A stretch of DNA of 64,000 nt from an uncultured Gemmatimonadales bacterium (lineage in GTDB: Bacteria; Gemmatimonadota; Gemmatimonadetes; Gemmatimonadales; GWC2-71-9), in the NCBI GenBank assembly GCA_963779755.1, contig CAVZZO010000003.1, positions 640,001 through 704,000 on the forward strand, given 5' to 3'. The translations under genes and the position numbers were made by a program. How positions within the stretch are numbered: the stretch's first letter is position 1; the number at the start of each line of letters is the position of its first letter. Below the pieces are notes generated by a model. It saw only the letters and a list, made by a program, of their open reading frames with translations, was not told the DNA's origin and searched no databases. Below are positions 25,970 through 36,099 of this stretch, in pieces.

Positions 25970-26659
25970 TCAGGCCGGTTGCGCGGCGACCTCCGCCTGG
26001 AAGACCTCGGGCGGCCGGAACAGGGCCAGCAGGGAGGGCCGGCGGCGCAGGACCAGCAGCACCTCGCCCGGCGGCGCGGGGCTGAGGCCGTGGACGCTGA
26101 GGAAGGCGGGGAGGCCGGCGTCGTCCGGCGGCGCCACCCGCCAGGGGCGGCCGTGCCAGTCGAGCCTCAACTCGGCCGGGATGCGGCGGACCAGCCGGTC
26201 GAAGAAATAATCGTGCTCGACCCGGTACACACCGCGCTCTACCGCCTCGCCGTCCAGGAAGAACAGCGGGTCGAATTCGGCGCCTTCCCGGCGGGCGAAG
26301 TTGTGCTCCGCGGCCAGGTCGAGATCACCCAGCACATCGGTGCGGGCCCGCCACTCGAGGTGATGGCGGATTTCATGAGTGAGGGTTTCCCACGCTTCCT
26401 CGCGCCAGTCAAAACCGGGGTCGCGCCGGGCGAGGGCGGCAAACGAGCCGTGATAGAGGACAATCCGGCTCTGCAATTCGTCCAGGGAGGGTTCCCCCAG
26501 CAATTCGGGGATGCACTCCCCCAGCGTGTAAACGCCCTCCCGCAGGGGGTGCGGCAGCGCAGCGGGCGAGACTTCGACGGCCGTGATGCCGTCGAGAAAG
26601 CCGCTCGGCAGTTCCTGCTCGAGCCGCTGGACCAGATCCTCGAAATCCCGGAAGCGCAT
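25970..26659 (-). CDS. zincin-like metallopeptidase
   Basis: IVLYHGSF..ETLTHEIRHHLE (HExxH). Confidence 0.82.
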   Translation of the reverse strand: MRFRDFEDLVQRLEQELPSGFLDGITAVEVSPAALPHPLREGVYTLGECIPELLGEPSLDELQSRIVLYHGSFAALARRDPGFDWREEAWETLTHEIRHHLEWRARTDVLGDLDLAAEHNFARREGAEFDPLFFLDGEAVERGVYRVEHDYFFDRLVRRIPAELRLDWHGRPWRVAPPDDAGLPAFLSVHGLSPAPPGEVLLVLRRRPSLLALFRPPEVFQAEVAAQPA

Positions 26660-26674
26660 GCCCGGACCGCCCGG

Positions 26675-27955
26675 TCAGACCTGCTCGAGCGCCTGCCGGA
26701 TGTCGGCGATAATGTCCTCATAGTGTTCTACGCCGACCGAAAGCCGGACCATGCCCGGCCCGATCCCCATGCGACGTTGCTGGTCGGGCGCGATATCGGC
26801 ATGGGTCATGGTTCCCGGGTGCTCCGCCAGCGATTCGGTGCCGCCCAGGCTGACGGCCAGCTTGACCATCGCGAGCGCGTTCAGGAAGCGGAAGGCCCCG
26901 GCTTCGCCGCCGTCCACTTCGAAGCTCATCAGCGATCCCGGCGCCAGGCACTGCCGCCGGTAGACGGCGTGCATGGGATCGGACTCGGAGAGCAGCCCGA
27001 GATAGGACACCTCCCGCACGCGGGCGTGGCCGTCCAGAAAGTCGGCCACATAGCGCGCGTTCTTCATCTGGGCCGTCATCCGCATCTTGAGCGTTTCCAG
27101 GCTGCGAAGCAGCAGCCAGCCGGTCCAGGGGCCGGCCATGGTGCCCATGAAGGTGCGCAGCGCCCGGACCGGGCCCAGCACCCGGGCGCCGCCCAGCACG
27201 GCGCCGGCAATGACATCGCTGTGGCCCCCGATGAACTTGGTGGCGGAGTACAGCACCAGGTCGGCGCCGTGTTGCAGCGGGTGCTGCCAGAGCGGGCCCA
27301 GGAAGGTGTTGTCCACCATGAGCACGGGCGGCTCGCCGCCGGGCGCGAGGCGCCGCAGCAGGGCCGCGGTACCCGCGATGTCCACCAGGGAGTTGGTGGG
27401 ATTGGCCGGAGTTTCGACCAGAGCAGCGGGAATCCGCCGGCCCTGGATACGCGCCCGCAGATCGTCCTCCAGGCTCTCGGCCGGCCGGCCGGCGGGAAAG
27501 CCCACCGGGACAATGCCGAACTCGGGCAGCACGTGGCGGATCAGGTGATCGGAGCCGCCGTAGAGGGGTTCGCTGTGCACCAGGACATCGCCCGGACGGA
27601 GATAAGCCAGCAGGCTGGTGGCGATCGCCGCCATCCCGCTTTCGAAGACGGCGCAGTCTTCGGCCTTATCCCAGAGCGACAGCCGGTCTTCCAGTACCTC
27701 GAGATCGGGATTGTTGAGGCGGCTGTAGATGAGGCCGGTCTGCTCGCCGGGTCCGGCTTCGCGCAGGCCGTAGGCCACCTCGAAGAAGGCCTTGCCCGCC
27801 TCGGCCGACTCGAAGACGAACGTGGAGGTCTGAAAAATGGGGCACTTGACCGCCCCTTCGGAGAGCCGCGGCTCGTAGCCGTAGCTCATCATCAGGCTCT
27901 CCGGCCGCAGCTCGTGACCGTCCGGCAGGCGGCGGGATGGTTTGGGGAGGGACAC
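26675..27955 (-). CDS. cystathionine gamma-synthase / methionine gamma-lyase family PLP enzyme
   Basis: PIFQTSTF, YSRLNNP, ETPANPT, VDNTF, SATKFIGGHSD, AVSLGGTESL. Confidence 0.92.
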   Translation of the reverse strand: MSLPKPSRRLPDGHELRPESLMMSYGYEPRLSEGAVKCPIFQTSTFVFESAEAGKAFFEVAYGLREAGPGEQTGLIYSRLNNPDLEVLEDRLSLWDKAEDCAVFESGMAAIATSLLAYLRPGDVLVHSEPLYGGSDHLIRHVLPEFGIVPVGFPAGRPAESLEDDLRARIQGRRIPAALVETPANPTNSLVDIAGTAALLRRLAPGGEPPVLMVDNTFLGPLWQHPLQHGADLVLYSATKFIGGHSDVIAGAVLGGARVLGPVRALRTFMGTMAGPWTGWLLLRSLETLKMRMTAQMKNARYVADFLDGHARVREVSYLGLLSESDPMHAVYRRQCLAPGSLMSFEVDGGEAGAFRFLNALAMVKLAVSLGGTESLAEHPGTMTHADIAPDQQRRMGIGPGMVRLSVGVEHYEDIIADIRQALEQV

Positions 27956-27984
27956 GGCGATCCGATCCTTCCGGGCCGGCGGCG

Positions 27985-29319
<1,335 letters not shown>

Positions 29320-29503
29320 GGGAGGATCGGCAAAAGTAAGGGAAAACCGGGTCGAGCCCGGCGGAAGTTAGGCCGGGGCGGTGTCGGCTGGAAGCTCTTC
29401 GCCCTTTCTTCGGACGGGCCTGCTCACGGGTTATCGTCGGGCGCATACGGCGGAGATCGGATAGCGAGACGGCGGTCGGAACAGATCCGGCCGCCGTCGT
29501 CTG

Positions 29504-29581
29504 CAGGAACCAGCAGTCAGGAACCGGGAATCAGGGTCCCGCCGCCCTTCCCTGATTCCTGATTCCCGGTTCCTGGTCCCT
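29504..29581. repeat. inverted tandem repeat, 7-nt unit CAGGAAC/CAGGAAT, overlapping the ypdA 3' end
   Basis: Arm at 29504-29536 and reverse-complement arm at 29550-29581; same family as 10281. Confidence 0.88.
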
Positions 29582-30559
29582 CACAAAGTGCGCGACGATC
29601 ATCTCCCCGTGCTCCCGGGTGTTCTCGATGAACAGCTTGTTCGCGTCTTTCCCCGCCGCAAGCACCCCGGCGATATAGACCCCCGGTATCGGGGTCGCCA
29701 GCGTGGCCGGATCGTGCGCGGGTACGCCGGTCTCGGGATCCACCGGGACGCCGAGGGACGCCACCAGCGTGGTGTCGGAGCGGTAGCCCGTCATGGCCAG
29801 CACCGCGTCGGCCGGGAGCGTCTCCGCACCGTCGGGGCCTTCGATTTCCACCGCGTCGGGGCGGATGGCCCGAATGCGAGCGTTCCAGCGCACCCCGATG
29901 CTTCCGTCCCTGATCCGATTGGTGATATCCGGCAGCACCCAGGCCTTGACCCGCCGATCCAGCTCCGCCAGGAAGTGTACCAGCGTCACCTGGGCGCCGG
30001 CCCGCCAGCACTCCAGCGCGGCGTCCACCGCGCTGTTTCCCGCGCCCACGACCACGACCCGCCGATGCCAGTAGGCGTGGCCCTCGGTGAAGTAGTGGTG
30101 TACGTGCGGGAGCTCCTCTCCCGGCACCCCGAGCAGGTTGGGCGTGTCATAGTAGCCCGTAGCCACCACCACGCCCCGGGAGCGATAGTGGCGCTCGCCA
30201 TCGCGGTGGCGCGCCGTGGTCAGGAAGGAACCATCGGCGTCCCGGCGGGCCGCCGTGACCCGCTCGCCCACGCGCACATCCAGCCTGAAATGCTCCGCGA
30301 TGCGGCGGTAATAGAGCAGCCCGTCGGTCCGGCTGGGCTTGTCGCCGCTGGGGATGAACGGCACATCGCCCAGTTCGAGGCGTTCGGGCGTGGAGAAGAA
30401 CCGCATATTGAGGGGGTAGCGCTCGATGGCGGACACCACCGTGTCCTTGTCCAGCAGGATACAGGAAATCCGGTGCCGCCGGGCGGCAATGCCGACCGCC
30501 AGGCCGACGGGTCCGGCGCCGACGACCAGCAGGGAGGTGGACTCGTTCGGGTCAGACAC
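29531..30559 (-). CDS. YpdA-family putative bacillithiol disulfide reductase
   Basis: VVGAGPVG, YP..M.FFSTPERLE, ATGYYD.PN, GAGNSA.DAA, LFIEN.R.HG; start may instead be the ATG at 30595. Confidence 0.88.
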   Translation of the reverse strand: MSDPNESTSLLVVGAGPVGLAVGIAARRHRISCILLDKDTVVSAIERYPLNMRFFSTPERLELGDVPFIPSGDKPSRTDGLLYYRRIAEHFRLDVRVGERVTAARRDADGSFLTTARHRDGERHYRSRGVVVATGYYDTPNLLGVPGEELPHVHHYFTEGHAYWHRRVVVVGAGNSAVDAALECWRAGAQVTLVHFLAELDRRVKAWVLPDITNRIRDGSIGVRWNARIRAIRPDAVEIEGPDGAETLPADAVLAMTGYRSDTTLVASLGVPVDPETGVPAHDPATLATPIPGVYIAGVLAAGKDANKLFIENTREHGEMIVAHFVRDQEPGIRNQGRAAGP

Positions 30560-30561
30560 AG

Positions 30562-30590
30562 GGGAAACCTGGAAGCGGGAAACGGGAAGC
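30562..30590 (+). repeat. tandem 7-nt repeat CGGGAAR (single arm)
   Basis: GGGAAAC CTGGAAG CGGGAAA CGGGAAG between purA stop and ypdA. Confidence 0.6.
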
Positions 30591-30594
30591 GCCA

Positions 30595-31878
30595 TTATTC
30601 CACGTCAATGATCTGCTCCCGTCTCGTCCCCACACTGACATACCGCACCGGCGCACCGGCCAGCTCCTGCAGCCGGTCGAGGTAGGCGCGGGCCTCCGGC
30701 GGAAGGTCGGCCAGGCGGCGTGCGTCGCCGGTGGGGCGCCGCCACCCCGGCAGCCGCTCGTATTCCGGCCGCACCCGCTCCAGGCGCTCCACATCGGACG
30801 GCATCTCTTCGCAGGCGGCGCCGTCCAGGTCATAGGCGCGCCCGATCGGGATTTCGGCAAATGCGTCGAGCACGTCCAGCTTGGTGACCGCCAGGCCGGT
30901 GAGCCCGTTGACCCGCACGGCATAGCGCACCACGGTCGCATCGAACCAGCCGCAGCGACGGGGCCGGCCGGTCGTCGCGCCGAATTCGGCGCCGGCGGCC
31001 CGCAGACGCTCGGCGTCCTCCGGCCCGGCTTCGGTGGGGAGCGGGCCGTTGCCGACGCGCGTGGTGTAGGCCTTCACCACCCCCAGGACGCCATCCACCG
31101 CCGTGGGGCCGATGCCGGCCCCCACCACCGCGCCGCCCGCCGTGGTATTGGAGGAGGTCACGAACGGATAGGTGCCGTGATCGACATCGAGCAGTGCGCC
31201 CTGGGCACCTTCCAGCAGCACGGCGCGGCCCTCCTTCAGCCCCCGGTGGACCAGCAGACCCGTGTCGGCGGCCAGCGGCAGCAGCCGCGGCGCGAGGCGC
31301 TCGAGCAGCTCGGCATGCTCCTGGTAGTCGGCTTCGGCATCGTGATTCATCAGACTCAGCAACCGATTGGCACGCTCCACCCGCTCGCGCACCATTCCCA
31401 GCGCCTTGTCCAGCCGCCGCAGATCGCCGATGCGGATGCCGCGACGGCCGTACTTGTCTTCGTAGGTCGGACCGATCCCGCGCCCCGTCGTCCCGATCTT
31501 CTGGCTGCGCTCGCTGGCCGCGTCGAGCAGCTTGTGATAGGGCAGTACCAGGTGGGCGCGATCGGAAAGGAACAGGCGCCCACGGGTGTCGATGCCGCGC
31601 CCGGTGAGGCCGTCCAGCTCGGTGAAGAACGTTTCCGGATCGAGCACCACACCGTTGCCGACGATACAGACCGTACGGGGATGAAGAATCCCGGAGGGGA
31701 TCTGGTGCAGCACGAACTGGCCGTCGCCGGCCACCACGGTGTGGCCGGCATTGGCGCCCCCCTGGTAGCGGACCACGAGATCCGCCCGCTCGGCGAGCAC
31801 GTCCACCACTTTGCCCTTCCCCTCATCGCCCCACTGGGCGCCCACGACGACGACGCACCGGGTCCGGGTATCGAACAT
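30595..31878 (-). CDS. purA: adenylosuccinate synthetase
   Basis: GAQWGDEGKGK, NAGHT, EGAQG..LD.DHGTYP, GATTGRPRRCGW. Confidence 0.97.
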   Translation of the reverse strand: MFDTRTRCVVVVGAQWGDEGKGKVVDVLAERADLVVRYQGGANAGHTVVAGDGQFVLHQIPSGILHPRTVCIVGNGVVLDPETFFTELDGLTGRGIDTRGRLFLSDRAHLVLPYHKLLDAASERSQKIGTTGRGIGPTYEDKYGRRGIRIGDLRRLDKALGMVRERVERANRLLSLMNHDAEADYQEHAELLERLAPRLLPLAADTGLLVHRGLKEGRAVLLEGAQGALLDVDHGTYPFVTSSNTTAGGAVVGAGIGPTAVDGVLGVVKAYTTRVGNGPLPTEAGPEDAERLRAAGAEFGATTGRPRRCGWFDATVVRYAVRVNGLTGLAVTKLDVLDAFAEIPIGRAYDLDGAACEEMPSDVERLERVRPEYERLPGWRRPTGDARRLADLPPEARAYLDRLQELAGAPVRYVSVGTRREQIIDVE

Positions 31879-31907
31879 TCGGCTCCCCAGGCTCCTGAGT
31901 TGGCGGC

Positions 31908-31930
31908 AAAAGAAAAGCCCCTTGCGGGGC
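31908..31930 (-). terminator. intrinsic terminator-like hairpin in the purA leader
   Basis: GCCCC-GCAA-GGGGC followed by TTTTCTTTT on the minus strand. Confidence 0.7.
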
Positions 31931-31947
31931 GTCTGTATCCTCCGACT

Positions 31948-31976
31948 ATCCTAGCCCGCCCCCGGGGAAAGGTCAA
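31948..31976 (-). promoter_or_regulatory. sigma70-type promoter for purA
   Basis: TTGACC-17 nt-TAGGAT. Confidence 0.65.
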
Positions 31977-33079
31977 TCCGGCGGGGCGGCCTGCAGCAGG
32001 TCGGCCAGCGCCGCGCCCGCCCGTTCGGCGGAGGCGAAACTCAGACCGTCGGGGGTATCGCGCGGGGTATGCAGCAGCCGCAGCGTTTGCCAGTCCAGGC
32101 GCGCCAGCGTCAGCGCCGGAAGGCCGGCACGGGCGAACGGCAGGCTGTCGACGAAGATGCCCAGCGGCAGCCGGTGCAGCCGCACCCCGTCCTCCCCCGG
32201 GAGGCGCCGGGCCAGCCTCCGAGCCAGCGGCGCGCCGGCGGGCCCGTGCCGCACCACCCGCCAGGGGCCGCGCTCATCGACCGTGTCCACATTGAGAATG
32301 CTGGCGCCCGCCAGCTGGGCTTTCATGGTCTGGAGAAAATACCGGGCACCCACCAGGCCGAACTCCTCGGCGCCGGTGATCAGCACCCCCACCGCCGGAT
32401 CCTGCACCCGGGCCGCCGCCCCCAGGACCGCCGCCACCCCGCTGCCGTTGTCTCGAGCGCCCGGCGATTTCCCTCGCAAACGGCCCCGGTGCGCCAGCGC
32501 CCCCGCCGCCAGCCCCAGGGCGGCGACCACCGCGAGCGCCGGCAGGGTCAGCGGCGCCCACAACCGGGCGACCGCCGCTCCCAGTGCCCCTCCCACGGCC
32601 AGAATGACCACCCAGACGGCGATCAGCCGCCCGGCCATCGAGTGCCCCTGCGCCTTGGAATCGGCGTGCGCCACGAGCCAGTAGCGCACGGTGGCCCCGG
32701 GCCGGGTGGCGATCAGATTGGCATCCTCGCGCGGCGGCTGGCCCATGGCGGACCACCCCAGCCCCATGCCGGCGGCCAGCAGCGCCAGACCGGCCAGGCC
32801 GGGCAGGAGGACGGCAAGCGCGGCCCAGCCCGGAACGGCGGGAACGGCGAGCAGGGGCAGCTCCAGCAGGCCCAGCCAGCCCAGACCGGCGCCGAAGAGC
32901 GGAAAGGCGTTGAGCCCCGCGGCGGCGAAGGCAAAGGGCTGCTCGCGTACCTGGTAGCCCAGCCCGGAGAGATGACGGGCCAGGAGCGTGCGGGCGGCCT
33001 CCGCTTCGGGAGTCCCCGCCTCGCGCGGCGTCCGGACCAGCTGCCGGGTGGTTGCGGTGGCCGGGTCCTCCGGGCTCAT
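31973..33079 (-). CDS. M28 family membrane metallopeptidase
   Basis: VAHADSK, GARDNGSG, GAEEFG, NVD, LHT plus internal TM helices. Confidence 0.85.
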   Translation of the reverse strand: MSPEDPATATTRQLVRTPREAGTPEAEAARTLLARHLSGLGYQVREQPFAFAAAGLNAFPLFGAGLGWLGLLELPLLAVPAVPGWAALAVLLPGLAGLALLAAGMGLGWSAMGQPPREDANLIATRPGATVRYWLVAHADSKAQGHSMAGRLIAVWVVILAVGGALGAAVARLWAPLTLPALAVVAALGLAAGALAHRGRLRGKSPGARDNGSGVAAVLGAAARVQDPAVGVLITGAEEFGLVGARYFLQTMKAQLAGASILNVDTVDERGPWRVVRHGPAGAPLARRLARRLPGEDGVRLHRLPLGIFVDSLPFARAGLPALTLARLDWQTLRLLHTPRDTPDGLSFASAERAGAALADLLQAAPPD

Positions 33080-34182
33080 CCCTTGTTCTTGCGGGATTTG
33101 CCCTTGCCGGGCTCCGGCAGCGTCAGAGCGGCGGAATCGTTGGCGGCGGCCCGGCCGGTTTCGACGGTGATGGTGCCGGCCTCGACCAGGTCGGAGAGAT
33201 GCTGCTCCAGGCGCTGGGTCTCGTACTCTTCCCGGCCGGCCGCCAGCAGCGAGGGAATTTCATCCAGCAGATCGGGGTCCTTCAGGGCATCGCGCACGGG
33301 AGGAGTGTCGAGCAGGATCTCCAGGGCGGCGACCCGGCCGTCCTCGTCCTTGCGGGGCAGCAGCCGTTGGGAGATGACCGCCCGGAGTGAGCCGGCCAGG
33401 CGGAGCCGTCCGATCTGGCGCTCGTCGGCCGCGATCATGGCCAGCAGGCGCGAGAAGGTGGCCCGCACATCCGGAGCGGGCAGGGCGGAAAGCACCAGGT
33501 GGCCCAGCTCGGCGGCCTTGATGGCGCGATCGAGTGTGATCGCGTCGGGAATTTCGCTCAGCGCGATCACGTCGGGATCCTGGCGCAGCGCGGCGCTCAG
33601 CCCGACGGCGAAGGAGTCGGTATCCACCCCGACCTCCCGCTGCGTCACCGAGGCCTTGAGGTCGCGGTGCAGGAACTCGATGGGGTTTTCGATCGTGATG
33701 ATGTGCTTGGGCAGGTTGCGGTTGATGTGGTTGATCAGGGCCGCCAGCGTGCTGGTCTTGCCGCTGCCCGAGACGCCGGTCACCAGCACCAGGCCGCTCT
33801 CCGCCTCCGCCACCCGGCTCAGCACGGCGGGCAGCTGCAGCGACTCGATGGTGGGCACGTCGAACGGGATCACCCGCATGACGATCATGAAGCTGGACCG
33901 CTGCCGCAGCACGTTCACCCGGAACCGCCCCACGCCCGCCATCCCCCAGGAACAGTCGAAATCGTGCAGGCGCTCGAGCCGGCCCCGGTCTTCCTCGCCC
34001 ACCAGCTTGAGGGCAATGGCGCGGGTCTGATCGGGGGTCAGCCGCTGTTTGGTGAGCGGTACCAGCTTGCCGTTGATACGGGCGCGGAAGACGTCGCCCG
34101 CTTTCATCAGGACGTCGGAGGCGCCGCGGCTGACGGCCGCCTTGATGATCTTCTCGATCGGGTGGGCCCCGCTGCCGGTCAT
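33076..34182 (-). CDS. PilT/PilU-family ATPase (degenerate motifs)
   Basis: ASDV, RFRVNV, GVSGSGKT, TIENPIE, QREVG, LRQDPDVI, ISQRL. Confidence 0.88.
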   Translation of the reverse strand: MTGSGAHPIEKIIKAAVSRGASDVLMKAGDVFRARINGKLVPLTKQRLTPDQTRAIALKLVGEEDRGRLERLHDFDCSWGMAGVGRFRVNVLRQRSSFMIVMRVIPFDVPTIESLQLPAVLSRVAEAESGLVLVTGVSGSGKTSTLAALINHINRNLPKHIITIENPIEFLHRDLKASVTQREVGVDTDSFAVGLSAALRQDPDVIALSEIPDAITLDRAIKAAELGHLVLSALPAPDVRATFSRLLAMIAADERQIGRLRLAGSLRAVISQRLLPRKDEDGRVAALEILLDTPPVRDALKDPDLLDEIPSLLAAGREEYETQRLEQHLSDLVEAGTITVETGRAAANDSAALTLPEPGKGKSRKNKG

Positions 34183-35189
34183 GATGGGGTCCGCGGGCTC
34201 GGCGCCGGCTGGAGGAATCCCATGCGCTCGCGCACCTCCTGCATGGTCTCCCGCGCGATCGCCCGGGCGCGGGCAGCGCCATCGGCCAGAATTTCGTCGA
34301 CCCGGCCCGCGTGGGCGCGCAGCTCCGCCGCGCGCTCGCGGATCGGCGCCAGGGCGGCGGCCATGTTATCGGCCAGCACCCGCTTGCAGTCGAGACAGCC
34401 CCACCTGGCGCCGCGGCAATTCACCGCCACCTGCTCCACCGTCGCGGGCGGCGAGAAATACTTGTGCAGCGAATAGATGTTGCAGATCTCCGGGTTGCCC
34501 GGATCCTTCCTGGTGACCCGGGCGGGATCGGTCACCGCCGGCCGGAGCTTCTGCCAGATCTCCTCGGGGGAATCGAGCAGCCCGACGGTATTCCCCAGGG
34601 TCTTGGACATCTTGGCCTGCCCATCGAGGCCCAGGATGCGCCGGGCCTCGGTGAGCAGCGGCTGCGGCTCGGGCAGATAATCCTCGCCCCGCCCGAACTC
34701 CGCGTTCCAGCGCCGCGCGATCTCGCGGGCCAGTTCCAGATGCTGGGTCTGGTCTTCGCCCACCGGCACCAGGTCCGCCCGGTAGAGGAGAATGTCCGCC
34801 GCCATCAGCACCGGGTAGTTCAGGAGCCCGGCCGGCACGCTCTCCATCCGCTGCGATTTATCTTTGTACTGCGTCATGCGTTCCAGCTCGCCCACCGGCG
34901 CGACGGCGTTGAGCAGCCACTGCAGCTCGGCATGCTCGGGCACATGGGACTGGACGAACAGAATGGCGCGTTCCGGATCGATCCCCGCTGCCAGCAGGCC
35001 GAGCGCCATCTCGCGGGTACGCTCCGCCAGGCGGGCAGGTTCGTACGGCATGGTGAGGACGTGCAGGTCCACCACGCAGATCAGGCACTGGTGGATCTGC
35101 TGCAGCCGGACCCAGTTCTGGACCGCCCCCAGCCAGTTCCCGATGTGGAGCTCGCCGGACGGTTGGATCCCGGAGAATATGCGAGGCAT
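34179..35189 (-). CDS. trpS: tryptophan--tRNA ligase
   Basis: SGIQPSG.LHIGN, YPVLMAADIL, VGEDQ, KMSKT. Confidence 0.96.
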   Translation of the reverse strand: MPRIFSGIQPSGELHIGNWLGAVQNWVRLQQIHQCLICVVDLHVLTMPYEPARLAERTREMALGLLAAGIDPERAILFVQSHVPEHAELQWLLNAVAPVGELERMTQYKDKSQRMESVPAGLLNYPVLMAADILLYRADLVPVGEDQTQHLELAREIARRWNAEFGRGEDYLPEPQPLLTEARRILGLDGQAKMSKTLGNTVGLLDSPEEIWQKLRPAVTDPARVTRKDPGNPEICNIYSLHKYFSPPATVEQVAVNCRGARWGCLDCKRVLADNMAAALAPIRERAAELRAHAGRVDEILADGAARARAIARETMQEVRERMGFLQPAPSPRTPS

Positions 35190-35225
35190 GCGCGCAAGCT
35201 ACCTCCCCACCACCGGAGCCGCAAG

Positions 35226-36008
35226 ATGGCCTCTGCCTTAGACTTACTCGATCGGGCCGAGGCGGCTGCGCAGCAGGCGGCGGCCTGGCTGCGGCGGGCC
35301 CCGCGACCCGGTCCTGCCGACTGGGATCGCAAGGGACGAAACGATTTCGTCTCGGATGCCGATCGGGGAGCCGAACGGATCATCCACGAAGCCCTCGCGG
35401 CGGGGCCGCCGGGCCGGATCATCGGTGAGGAGCTGTCGCCGGAGCTGGTTGGCGAGGGGCTGGTGTGGATCGTGGACCCGATCGACGGCACCACCAACTT
35501 CCTGCACGGATTCCCCGCCTGGTGCGTGTCAATTGCGGCGGCGGTCGACGGCGTGCTGGAGGCGGGGGTGGTGCTCGAGGTTCCGGCGGGCCGGGTGTAT
35601 CGCGCCTGGCGGGGCGGCGGCGCCTGGCGGGACGGCGAGCGGCTGCGGGTTTCTCCCATCACCGACCCGGCCGAGTCGCTGATCGGCACCGGGTTTCCGT
35701 TCCGCGAGGGCGAGCCGCTGGACCGCTATTTCGTCCAGTTGCGCCGGATCGTAGAGCGGACGACCGGCGTGCGCCGCCCGGGCTCGGCCGCGCTCGACCT
35801 GGCCACCGTCGCCGCCGGCGGCTTCGAGGGGTTCTGGGAGCACCGGCTCTCGGCCTGGGACATCGCCGCGGGCACGCTGCTGATCCGGGAAGCGGGTGGG
35901 AAGGTGACGGATTTCCAGGGACGGGATCTGGGAATCGAGCACGGGCCGGTGCTGGCCGGGAATCCGGCGATTCACGCGTGGCTGATGAACACCCTGCAGG
36001 ACGGGTAG
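35226..36008 (+). CDS. suhB: inositol monophosphatase family protein
   Basis: DFVSDAD, GEE, WIVDPIDGTTNF, GSAALDL, WDIAAG. Confidence 0.85.
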   Translation: MASALDLLDRAEAAAQQAAAWLRRAPRPGPADWDRKGRNDFVSDADRGAERIIHEALAAGPPGRIIGEELSPELVGEGLVWIVDPIDGTTNFLHGFPAWCVSIAAAVDGVLEAGVVLEVPAGRVYRAWRGGGAWRDGERLRVSPITDPAESLIGTGFPFREGEPLDRYFVQLRRIVERTTGVRRPGSAALDLATVAAGGFEGFWEHRLSAWDIAAGTLLIREAGGKVTDFQGRDLGIEHGPVLAGNPAIHAWLMNTLQDG

Positions 36009-36099
36009 GCGCATCACGCCGCGGGGGGTGGCATGTCACGCCGTAGGGGCGTGGGAGCCACGCCGTAGGGGCGTGGCATGCCACGCCCCTACGGCGTGG
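36005..36099. repeat. GTAG-type REP-like cluster with a perfect 42-bp palindrome
   Basis: ~22-nt units GTAGGGGCGTGGCATGCCACGCC; 36058-36099 is its own reverse complement. Confidence 0.88.

Noticed and set aside
29320..29503. Possible T-box or tRNA upstream of glyQS
   Set aside because: No T-box consensus or cloverleaf seen; only a GC hairpin at about 29468-29498.
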